Below are positions 18,434 through 27,722 of a stretch of 64,000 nucleotides of DNA, one piece after another. The notes beneath the pieces were generated by a model that was not told the origin of the DNA, made no database searches, and was given only the letters and a program-made list of their open reading frames with translations. Made by a program: the position numbers and the translations under genes. The DNA comes from an uncultured Chloroflexia bacterium (GTDB lineage: Bacteria; Chloroflexota; Limnocylindria; Limnocylindrales; CSP1-4). The first letter of the stretch is position 1, and each line of letters opens with the position of its first letter. The DNA is taken from positions 1,094,756 to 1,158,755 of the forward strand of contig CAVVHT010000009.1 in assembly GCA_963748235.1 (NCBI GenBank), in the 5' to 3' direction.

Positions 18434-18931
18434 CTAGCGCGGATCACCCTCGTAGACGGATTGCCTCCCGAGTCCCACTTCGTCATTGCGCATCACGAGA
18501 ACAACTCCGCGTTGGACGTCAGCGTCAGCGCACTGAGATACGTCCCCGATGGCCCCGCTGTACTTGTCGATCGCGACCGCGCTCTCGTCACCCGAGATGA
18601 CAAGAGCCGGGGTCTTCTCGCACTCACCAGCCAACCACGCGACGAGAAGTTCGTTGGGAGCCTGAATGGTCGCGAGGCGGGAGGGACCATCAAACTCGGG
18701 CGTCCACGACCCGGCACCGAAGTCGAAAGGTAGCGCGTCGATGACGAGTCCCGTTTGATCGATCACGGTGGCCGTGACATCCGTATCGAAGCTAACCTCA
18801 AACGTCTCAGGTGACGCTGGGGCAAAGCTGGGTGCCGACGCATCGTTTGGACTTGCCCCGGTACAGCCGGCGATAGCGACGAGAAGCACGACGGCCACGT
18901 AACGCCATGGGTAGGCAACGCGGTTGCGCAT
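18434..18931 (-). CDS. Hypothetical lipoprotein
   Basis: ATG 18931 gives MRNRVAYPWRYVAVVLLVAIAGC (lipobox IAGC). The rest of track ORF 18434..19354 overlaps the next gene and is Ser/Cys/Trp-rich shadow. Confidence 0.65.
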   Translation of the reverse strand: MRNRVAYPWRYVAVVLLVAIAGCTGASPNDASAPSFAPASPETFEVSFDTDVTATVIDQTGLVIDALPFDFGAGSWTPEFDGPSRLATIQAPNELLVAWLAGECEKTPALVISGDESAVAIDKYSGAIGDVSQCADADVQRGVVLVMRNDEVGLGRQSVYEGDPR

Positions 18932-18998
18932 TCGCACCCAGCCCGGCAAGGCGGAGAGCAGTCGAATAGCTCGGTCGTCGACTGGTTGGGCCGTCGAC

Positions 18999-19499
18999 TC
19001 AGCCCGCGGTTCGTTTGAAGTGCTGCCCGCCAAGAGCGAGGCCGACCAAGGCAACGGCGTAGGCGGCTCCGCAAATCGAGATCGACAACGCGTAAACATC
19101 GAGCGCGCCCTCCGGCCTGAGTGTGAGGGCTGAGGGCAACATGAAGACGCCCAACAGGACGCCCAAAGTGGCAACGACGATTCCAGAGACGCGACCGGAG
19201 GATCGATGCCTCCGTATCGACCGACCAATGACGAGGTGGAGCAATCCGATTGCCAGCAGGACTCCTCCCACGACCATTCCGAGGATGTGATAGCCCATCT
19301 CTCGTCCACCGATATCGTCGTACAGGAAGCCACGAACGATCTGTTGGATCCCAAACAGCACGATCAGTATGCCCAGTCCGAGGAACACCACCGAGGCCAC
19401 AGCTGCCCATTGGCTGTAACCAACTGACGGAGTTCCCGTGGGACTCTCGGCCAGGCCAGCCGCCATCGAGGACACCCCTTCGCCGCACATGGCCCCCAA
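18999..19499 (-). CDS. Hypothetical 4-TM membrane protein (start uncertain)
   Basis: Four hydrophobic spans (AAVASVVFLGLGILIVLFGI, ILGMVVGGVLLAIGLLHLVI, IVVATLGVLLGVFMLPSAL, ALSISICGAAYAVALVGLALG). Confidence 0.6.
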   Translation of the reverse strand: MGAMCGEGVSSMAAGLAESPTGTPSVGYSQWAAVASVVFLGLGILIVLFGIQQIVRGFLYDDIGGREMGYHILGMVVGGVLLAIGLLHLVIGRSIRRHRSSGRVSGIVVATLGVLLGVFMLPSALTLRPEGALDVYALSISICGAAYAVALVGLALGGQHFKRTAG

Positions 19500-19564
19500 A
19501 CACCGACTCAGACGGATTGCGTGATCAGTTCGTGACGAACCGCACGACGCCGCTCAACCCAAAG

Positions 19565-20068
19565 TTACTGACGCTCTGGAGGTAGTCCCGGCTCAGCGCT
19601 GAGGCCGCCGCCGCGGACGGTTGCGCCGAGGACGACCGCCCCGGCAACGAGCACCAAGTTCTTGATGATGTATTGACCCTCGAGCGTCGGCGCGATCGGG
19701 AAGACGTCCCACGTCTCGGCCGGGAAGAGGAACAGTGGCGTGACGGTGCCGAGCATCTGCACGAAGAGCAGCGCCAGGGTCGCCCGCATCCACATTCCGG
19801 TCAAAAGGCCGATGCCGATCACGCATTCCCAAAGGCCTAGGAACGGCACGGCGACCGAGGCGGGCACGAGGCCAAAGGTGAGCACTTCGATCGTCTGACC
19901 GGCGAGAGTCTCAGCCGGACTGAGGCCGGGTACGAGCTTGAGCGCGCCGAACCAGAGGAAGATGACGCCCAGCGCGAGGCGCAGCAGGGTCAGGCCGTGA
20001 TCAGCCATCCAGCGCGTGATGCGCTGGTCGAGACGGTCGAGCGAGGGCGAGTCGGAAAGTCGGATCAC
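19565..20068 (-). CDS. DoxX-superfamily / YkgB(RclC, DUF417)-like membrane protein
   Basis: GLTLLRLALGVIFLWFGALKLVPGLSP closely resembles the remembered YkgB N-terminal signature. C-terminal GQYIIKNLVLVAGAVVLG. Confidence 0.6.
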   Translation of the reverse strand: MIRLSDSPSLDRLDQRITRWMADHGLTLLRLALGVIFLWFGALKLVPGLSPAETLAGQTIEVLTFGLVPASVAVPFLGLWECVIGIGLLTGMWMRATLALLFVQMLGTVTPLFLFPAETWDVFPIAPTLEGQYIIKNLVLVAGAVVLGATVRGGGLSAEPGLPPERQ

Positions 20069-20120
20069 CAGCCGATTCTCGGACGAAAGGGCTTTTGGCG
20101 CCCGCGCGGCGCCGCGACTA

Positions 20121-20594
20121 TCAGGTAGGCCGGCTTACCCACAGCTTGTATGCCCCGAAGCCCATCAACCCGACGCCGATGTACAGGCCGAGCATGCCGA
20201 TCAGGCGACCGACGCTGAGGCCGGCCGGCGGCGTGGCGATGAACACAAGGTCGCCGACCAACCATCGAAGTCCGAGAAGCACGGCGATCGCCCCGAAGCC
20301 GATGAGCACCCAGTCGAGGTTCGATTTGACCCCGGCCGGCATCCGATTTCTCAGGAACAGTGCCAGCAGGGTGAGCGCGGCGACCAGCCAGATGACCGTC
20401 GAAACGCTGTAGCCGCTCAGGAAGATGAACACGAGGTCGGTCAGGACGATCAGCGCGGCGCCGGCTCCCATGAACAGCTCGGCCTGGCGGAACTGGGCGA
20501 GCATCGAGCTCACCTGCGACGGCGCGGCCGGACCTGTCGGTGGAGCTGCCGGAGGCGGTGGTGGCGGCGCGGGTGGATTGGCCGGATCGGTCAT
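20121..20594 (-). CDS. Hypothetical membrane protein with Pro-rich N-terminus
   Basis: ATG 20594 gives MTDPANPPAPPPPPPAAPP followed by four or five TM spans. Confidence 0.6.
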   Translation of the reverse strand: MTDPANPPAPPPPPPAAPPTGPAAPSQVSSMLAQFRQAELFMGAGAALIVLTDLVFIFLSGYSVSTVIWLVAALTLLALFLRNRMPAGVKSNLDWVLIGFGAIAVLLGLRWLVGDLVFIATPPAGLSVGRLIGMLGLYIGVGLMGFGAYKLWVSRPT

Positions 20595-20660
20595 TGATGA
20601 TCCCTCCGAGAAAATCGCCCCCACTCCCCTGCGCAACGATACGCGTCTACCATCGCCGCG

Positions 20661-21276
20661 ATGGACCATGCCGCGCCACCAGTGCTGCCGTTCACCGGCA
20701 ATGACGAAGCCGACCGATTGCTGACGGACGATCCGACGGCGTTGTTGATCGGCTTCGTGCTCGACCAGCAGGTTCCGCTCCAGAAGGCATTTTCCGGCCC
20801 ATTCGAGCTGCGCAAGCGGATAGGCACGCTCGATGCGGCCGAGATCGCGGCGATGGAGCCGGCGCGCCTCGAGGACGCGTTCAGGGAGCGACCGGCGCTA
20901 CATCGCTTCCCGGCCAACATGGCTCATACGAACCCAGGAGCTGTGCGCGGCAATCGCGCGCGACTTCGACGGCGACGCCAGCCGCGTCTGGACCGAGGCC
21001 AAGGACGGGCGTGATCTCGAGCGGCGCCTGCTGAGCCTGCCCGGCATCGGCGAAATGAAAGCCAGGACGCTGATCGCGATCCTGGGCAAGCGACTAGGCG
21101 TCCAGCCGCCGGGCTGGCAGGAAGTGGCGCCGCAGCACATGACTCTGGGCGACGTCGACTCGCCTGCGAAGCTGGCCGAGTACCAGGCAGGCAAGCGCGC
21201 CTACAAGGCGCAGCTCCGCGCGGCGGAGGCCGAGACGAACGCCGAGGCGGCCGAGGCAGAAGAGGCTGCCGGGTAG
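20661..21276 (+). pseudogene. HhH-GPD-type base-excision DNA repair protein, frame-disrupted near 20921-20935
   Basis: LPFTGNDEADRLLTDDPTALLIGFVLDQQVPLQKAF...ALHRFPANMA is in the frame of 20661 and continues as RTQELCAAIARDFDGDASRVW...LPGIGEMKAR in the frame of 20833. Confidence 0.8.
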
Positions 21277-21312
21277 CGCCAGTCCTGACGCTCCCCGGGC
21301 AGCGATTGGCTC

Positions 21313-21720
21313 CTAGCGGAAGGTCATCGTCCCATCGTCAACACGGGTGAGCACCAACTGGGCATTGGTGATCGCGTAGGTCCTGGTGGCACTGAGCCCG
21401 GCGATGTAGAGCGAATCCATCGAGCCTTCTGGGCACATCGCGAGCGTCATCGGCCCGGGCACGATTGCCAGCGCGTTGTTGCCGGCCGTCGTGTATGTAC
21501 CTGACAGCTGATTGCAGTCCGCCTTGGCCGAGAACGTGCCGTCGGCCTTGAACTCGATCGTGTAATTCTCCGGATCAGGCACGACCGATTGCGAGGCCGG
21601 TACCGTGGTCGTGGCGGCCGTCCATTGCCACACTTTGCCGGTCAAGCCGCCGCCCGCTGACGAACAGGCGACGACGCTGACCAGGGCGGCCAGGGCCAGG
21701 ACCGTGACGAGTTTGCGCAT
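21313..21720 (-). CDS. META-domain (HslJ-like) lipoprotein
   Basis: Lipobox VVAC, LTGKVWQW, ADCNQLSGTYTT and MTLAMCPEGS form a typical META/DUF306 pattern. Confidence 0.8.
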   Translation of the reverse strand: MRKLVTVLALAALVSVVACSSAGGGLTGKVWQWTAATTTVPASQSVVPDPENYTIEFKADGTFSAKADCNQLSGTYTTAGNNALAIVPGPMTLAMCPEGSMDSLYIAGLSATRTYAITNAQLVLTRVDDGTMTFR

Positions 21721-22244
21721 CTCTCTCCCTTCAAACCACTTGTGAGCGAGCGCAAAGTAGCGCCCGGGGGCCTAACCGGCCTCATGCGATCTGGGCGACT
21801 CGCCATGAACGAAGGCGTGGCCCGAACGTACCAGGGGCGAGAATCGCCCTCGTCGGCTAGAATGGGCACCGACAACCGAACAACGCCGCAGGTCTGAGCA
21901 TCAACCCTCGCTCCCGCGGACTCGGTTGGGATATCGCTCCGACGCCAGGGATTGAGACGTCGTGGAGCGCGGAAAACGGCCGCTGAAACGCCCCATCCCG
22001 GCGTCGCGGCAGGAACTCAGAAAAGGCAAATGCAACCCCGTTCTCATACATCACATAGCTCGTTTGGCCAACTGGCCTCGGCGCGTCGACGCATTCGGCG
22101 CACAACTTCCGGCCATCGGCTCTTCTGCAGCACCAATGGCTGCACCACATATCTTCAGCCGGACACGAGTGGCTTCACCGCCACTTGCCCCGTCTGCGGA
22201 GCGCGGCGAACACTCGCCTGAGCGCACCGTCACAATCGCCGGTG

Positions 22245-23340
22245 ATGGCGACCAAACCTTTCGAGCAAGACCTCGAACCAGGCACGGTCGCCCACCACGA
22301 TCAGGCCGAGTGGGACCGCCTCGTAACGCACGTCGGCGCCCAGCCCTTCCAGGCATGGGCGTGGGGCGGGCTCAAGGAGCGCTTCGGCTGGCAGCCCTAT
22401 CGGTTGTCATCGGCTGATGGGTCATCCATCGCCCAGGTCCTCATTCGGCCGTATCGCGGCCTGTCAGTGGCCTATGTGCCGCGCGGTCCCGTGACGATCG
22501 ATGGCGGTCCGCCCGATACGTCGCTGGTCGGATCGATCATTCGCCTCGTCCGTTCGCGGCGCGGGGCGTTCGTTCGATTCGAACCGGACCTGGTCGAGGG
22601 CGACCCGGGCACGTCCGAGCTCGACCAGGCGCTCAGATCGGCCGGCTTCCGATTGGCCGAGCGAACCCTCCAGCCGCGTTCGTCGATCCGGCTCGACATC
22701 CGACCGTCCGAGACAGACCTGATGGCGGCGTTCTCGAAGGGCCACCGGGCCGACATTCGGCGCGCCGAACGCGACGGGGTCACCATCCGCGTCGGAACCA
22801 CCGAGGCGGAGGTCGACCTCCTCCACGGCATGCTCCTCGCCACTCAGCAGCGCAAGGCATTCACCATCCATAGCGCCGCCTACTACCGGCGCCCTGTGGC
22901 GCGTGTTCGGCGACGACGCCCGGCTGTTCATTGCCGAGCACGGCGGCGAGGTCGTCGGCAGCTCGCTCGATCTGACGGCCGGCCGCCACGGCACTTACCT
23001 GGTTGCCGGCTCAACCGCCGCCGGTCTCGAGCACCGTGCCGCGCACCTCCTTCAATGGCACGCCATTCGCTGGGCGAGGGAGCGCGGTGCCGAGCTCTGG
23101 GACATGTGGGGCCTCGCCGACGCGCGCGGTCGCTATGAGCTGGCACTCAGCAACGGAGCCGACGCCGAGTCGGCAGAGATGACGCAGCTCGAGGCGGATG
23201 CGCGAGCCGACCCGCTCGACGGCGTCTATCGCTTCAAGAAGGGCTGGGGCGGGCACGTGATTCGCACCATGCCTGCCTACGACCGGGTGTTCATTGCGCC
23301 CGCCTACTGGCTCTGGCAACGGCGGCGCGGCGAAGCGTGA
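22245..23340 (+). pseudogene. FemAB-family peptidoglycan interpeptide-bridge aminoacyltransferase, frame-disrupted near 22888-22892
   Basis: QPFQAWAWGGLKERFGWQ, then ...HSAAYYR in the frame of 22245, continuing as ALWRVFGDDARLFIAEHGGEVVG...YRFKKGWGG in the frame of 22903. One extra nt in CGG-C-GCC. Confidence 0.8.
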
Positions 23341-23416
23341 ACTTCAGCCGTGCTCCATACTCGCTTCACTCGATGTCAGTGACGTCCGGCGTGGCGTCCA
23401 TCGAAAAGAGGAACAG

Positions 23417-24689
23417 TTGACCTTCGACACCTTCGGGCTCAGCCCGGAAATCCTGCGCGCCGTCAGCGAGCAGGGCTATGAAATACCCACCCCGATCCAG
23501 GATCAGGCGATCCCCCTCGTTCTCGGCGGGCGCGACCTGATGGGCCGTGCCCAGACCGGTACCGGCAAGACCGCAGCCTTTGCGCTGCCGATGCTCGAGC
23601 GACTGACCGCCCACGCGAACACCAGCTTCTCGCCCGCTCGCCATCCGGTGCGCGCGCTGATCCTGGCGCCGACGCGCGAGCTGGCCGTCCAGGTCTACGA
23701 CAGCTTCCGCACGTACGGCAAGCATGTGCCGCTGCGCTACTCGGTCGTCTACGGCGGCGTGCCGATCGAGCCCCAGACAAAGGAGCTGCTCGCCGGTGTC
23801 GAGGTGCTCGTCGCGACTCCGGGACGCCTGCTCGACCACGTGGGCCAGCGCACCGTCAACCTGACCCAGGTCGACATCCTCGTCCTCGACGAGGCGGATC
23901 GGATGCTCGACATGGGCTTCCTGCCCGACATCCGGCGCATCGTGGCGATGGTCGCCAACCGCAAGCAGACGCTGCTCTTCTCGGCCACGTTCTCGACCGA
24001 GATCCGCAAGCTGGCGGAGACGCTGCTCAACAATCCCGTCTCGGTCGACATCGAGCCACAGTTCACGTCCGCCGAGTCGGTCGACCAGGTCGTCTACCTC
24101 GTCGACAGCGACCGGAAGAAGGATCTCCTCGCCGAGCTGGTGCGTCGGCGCAACCTGCACCAGGTGCTCGTCTTCACGCGAACGAAGCTGATGGCCGGCC
24201 GGCTCGCTTCGCAGCTCGATCGCGACGGTGTCGAGGCAATCTCGAATTCACGGCGACCGCAGCCAGCCCGAACGTGAGCGGGCCCTGGCAGCATTCAAGG
24301 CCGGTGAGGTTCGCGTCCTGGTCGCAACCGACGTGGCCGCGCGCGGGCTGGACATCGAGTCCCTGCCACTAGTCGTCAACTACGAGCTGCCGCACACCCC
24401 GCACGACTACGTCCACCGCATCGGCCGCACCGGCCGGGCGGGCGCGACCGGTCACGCCATCTCGCTCGTGGCGCCCGAGGAAGAGGACTACCTCAAGCAG
24501 GTCAATCGGCTGCTCAAGCGCGACCTGCCCGTGCGCGTGGTCAAGGGCTACGAGCCGTCTCCGGACGGACCGCGACGTGCATCGCCGGTCAGGTCTTCGT
24601 CGTCCCGTTCGGCAGCCGATCGCCGCCCGCGGTCAACCCGTCCAGCGCCGCAGCGGCGCTCGCCGGCGAGGAGCAGCGCCGCCGGCTGA
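23417..24689 (+). pseudogene. DEAD-box ATP-dependent RNA helicase (RhlE-like), frame-disrupted near 24240-24248
   Basis: TTG 23417 (AAGAGGAA upstream) gives (M)TFDTFGLSPEIL. Q-motif TPIQ, AQTGTGKT, DEAD and SAT are in the first frame; [26 protein letters not shown] and [10 protein letters not shown] are in the frame of 24228. Basic Ser/Arg-rich tail. Confidence 0.85.
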
Positions 24690-24733
24690 CGCCGCAATCC
24701 CGGGAATTGGCGCGCATCGTAGATTGTGCGCCA

Positions 24734-26528
24734 ATGTCTCTACCGCTCGAAGACTACGCACTGATCGGGGACACCCAGACCGCCGCCCTGATCGGCATCG
24801 ACGGCTCAATCGATTGGCTGTGCCTGCCGCGCTTTGATTCGGGCGCCTGCTTCGCGGCGCTCCTTGGCGATCGCAACAACGGTCGCTGGCGCCTTGCGGC
24901 GAAGGACATGGAGCGCGCCACGCGGCGGCGCTACGTGGACCACGCCCTCATCCTCGAGACCGAGTGGGAGACGCCCGACGGCCTGGCGCGGGTGGTCGAC
25001 TTCATGCCGCGCCGCTCGGAGCGTCCCGATCTCATCCGCCTCGTCGAGGGCGTGCGCGGCAAAGTCGCGATGGAGATGGACCTCACTCTCCGCTTCGACT
25101 ACGGCCGACTCGTGCCCTGGGCGCGCCAGATGGCCGGCGATCAGCAGCTTCGTCTCCGGTCCCGACCAGGTCACGCTGCGCTCCGACGTGCCGATTACCG
25201 GTGAGGGCCTCGCCTCTGTTGCCAAGTTCACCGTCGAGAAGGGCCAATTCGTCTCGTTCGTGCTGTCGTGGAACCCGTCGTGGCAACACCCGCACGAGCC
25301 GCCACACGCCGGCGCCGCGCTCGAGGCGACGCTCGAGTGGTGGCGCGGTTGGGCCGGCCGGCTGCGCTACGACGGTGAATGGAAGGACGAAGTGCTGTCG
25401 TCGCTGATGGTGCTCAAGGCGCTCACCTACGCGCCGACCGGCGGCATAGTCGCGGCCCCCACGACCTCGTTGCCCGAGCACATCGGCGGCGTGCGCAACT
25501 GGGACTACCGATACTGCTGGCTGCGCGACGCGGCATACACGCTGTGGGCGCTCAACATCGGCGGCTACACGGACGAGGCGCGCTCGTGGCGCAACTGGCT
25601 GCTGCGCGCGGTGGGCGGCGATCCGGACAACCTGCAGGTGCTCTACGGGGTGACTGGCGAGAGCCGGCTGCCCGAGTTCGAGCTGCCCTGGCTCGCAGGC
25701 TACGAGGACTCGAGCCCGGTACGCGTCGGCAACGCCGCGGTCGAGCAATTCCAGCTCGACGTCTACGGCGAGGTCGTCGACGCATTCCACCTGGGCCGCG
25801 TCTTCGGCATCGAGACGGACGCGCAGAGCTGGGGCCTCGAGCGTCACCTGGTCGAATACGTCATCGACCATTGGCGCGAGCCCGATGAGGGCATCTGGGA
25901 GGTGCGCGGCCCACGACGCCATTTCACCCACTCGAAGGTGTTCGCCTGGGTGGCGATGGATCGCGCCGTGCGGGCGGTCGAGAAGTTCGGCCTCGAAGGT
26001 CCGGTCGAGCGGTGGCGCGAGGTGCGCGACGAGATCCGCGCCGAGGTGCTGGAAAAGGGCTTCGACACCGAGCGCCAGACGTTCACCCAGTACTACGGCT
26101 CGAAGGAGCTCGACGCGAGCCTGCTGATGTTGCCACTCGTCCATTTCCTGCCCGCGACCGATGAACGGATGCGCGGCACGGTGGCCGCGATCAAAGGTGA
26201 TTTGATGCCCGACGGTCTGGTATTGCGCTACCGGAGCGACCAGACCGATGATGGCCTGCCGCCCGGCGAGGGCACCTTCCTGGCGTGCACCTTCTGGCTG
26301 GTCGACAACCTGGCACTCTCGGGCGAGCTCGATGAGGCGACCGAGATCTTCGAGCGCCTGCTCTCGCTGCGCAACGATGTCGGACTGCTGGCCGAGGAGT
26401 ACGACCCCAAGCTCGGCCGAATGGTCGGCAACTTCCCGCAGGCGCTGACCCATGTCGGGCTGGTCACCTCGGCCTACAACCTCGACCGTGCCCGGAAGTC
26501 GCGCGCACGCGCACTGCGCAGCGCCTAG
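24734..26528 (+). pseudogene. Glycoside hydrolase family 15 (glucoamylase/trehalase-like), frame-disrupted near 25135-25155
   Basis: MSLPLEDYALIGDTQTAALIGIDGSIDWLCLPRFDS is in the first frame. FVSGPDQVTLRS...APTTSLPEHIGGVRNWDYRYCWLRDA...GNFPQALTHVGL is in the frame of 24834. Confidence 0.85.
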
Positions 26529-26532
26529 TCGG

Positions 26533-27102
26533 TCAGCCGACCGCCGTCAGCAGGGCCTTGTACTCGCCGTGGTAGCGCACGCCGAGCGCGTTGTTGAACA
26601 GGTTGAGCATGTTGATGTAGCCGATCAGAAAGGTCAGCTCGACCAGTTCGGGATCCGTGAATGCCTGCTGCAGCTCGACGGCGAGGGAGTCGGGGATCGA
26701 GTTCGAGTCGGCCATCACCGCAACGGTGTAGTCGACCGCCAGCCGCTCGCGTTGGCTCATCGCCGTGGGCTGGCTGTCGAGCAGACCAATCGGGTCGGCA
26801 ACGATGTCCTCGATCGCGACAAGGTCGCAATGCGAATTGAGGCAGAACTGGCAGTCGTTCTCGCGCGATGCAGTGATGATGACCAGCTCCTTGACCCGAC
26901 GCTCGAGCACGCCGCCCGGGTACACGCCGTGTCCGAAGCCTGCAAAGGCGCGCAGGATGTCGGGCCTCAGGCTCATCGCCTGGAGCATCTCGACGGGCAT
27001 CAGGCCGCGTTCGGTGAGTCCTCGGCTCTCGTCGAAGGACGGGTCGTCCTTGACCGCGTCGAACGCGGTCTTGACCGCCTCTTGACTCACCTCAATGCGC
27101 AC
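26533..27102 (-). CDS. Carboxymuconolactone decarboxylase (AhpD-like) family protein
   Basis: GTG 27102 with AGGAGA 6-7 nt upstream. CxxC-containing ENDCQFCLNSHCD, and C-terminal ELTFLIGYINMLNLFNNALG. Confidence 0.8.
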   Translation of the reverse strand: MRIEVSQEAVKTAFDAVKDDPSFDESRGLTERGLMPVEMLQAMSLRPDILRAFAGFGHGVYPGGVLERRVKELVIITASRENDCQFCLNSHCDLVAIEDIVADPIGLLDSQPTAMSQRERLAVDYTVAVMADSNSIPDSLAVELQQAFTDPELVELTFLIGYINMLNLFNNALGVRYHGEYKALLTAVG

Positions 27103-27721
27103 CGGTCGTCTCCTCTGATCGCCTGAACTTCGCGAGCCTCGCCTCGAGATGCTGACGGACGCTCGGCCATTCCTCCTCGATGACGCTGAAGTACACCGAA
27201 TGCCGGCGCCGGCCACTGTCGGTCACCATGTGATTGCGCAGCGTGCCTTCCTCGACTGCGCCGATGCCGCGCAGCGCCGCACGCGACTTGTCGTTGAGCG
27301 AGTCTGTCTTGAACTCGACCCTCAGTGCGGCCAATGAGTCGAAGGCGTGGCGCAGCTGGAGCAGCTTGACCTCGGTGTTGACGGCGGTGCGTTGCCACGC
27401 AGGCGCGATCCAGGTGTAACCAATCTCGAGCCGGCGATGGTGCGCCTCGATCGACAGGTAGCGCGTGCTGCCGACGACACGGCCGGATTCGCGCTCCACG
27501 GTTGCGAACGGCACCTCACGACCTTCTGCAGCGGCCGCCAGCGCAGCCTCAACCATCGTGCGCATGTCGGCCGGCGTCTGGACCTGGGTCAGCGTCCAGC
27601 GCCACAACTCCGCGTCGAGCCCGACCGAGACGAGGCCGGGCAGATGATCGATCGAGAGCGGCTCGAGCCGGACGACGCTACCTTCGAGAATGACCGGCTC
27701 GACCCACGCCCGTCCGGGCAA
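27092..27721 (-). CDS. GNAT N-acetyltransferase (RimJ/RimL-like)
   Basis: VRLEPLSIDHLPGL...RLEIGYTWIAPAWQRTAVNTEVKLLQLRHAF...VEFKTDSLNDKSRAALRGIGA. The start is tentatively TTG 27721, 1 nt after the pepN stop. The 3' end overlaps the next start by 11 nt. Confidence 0.75.
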   Translation of the reverse strand: MPGRAWVEPVILEGSVVRLEPLSIDHLPGLVSVGLDAELWRWTLTQVQTPADMRTMVEAALAAAAEGREVPFATVERESGRVVGSTRYLSIEAHHRRLEIGYTWIAPAWQRTAVNTEVKLLQLRHAFDSLAALRVEFKTDSLNDKSRAALRGIGAVEEGTLRNHMVTDSGRRRHSVYFSVIEEEWPSVRQHLEARLAKFRRSEETTGAH

Positions 27722-27722
27722 G

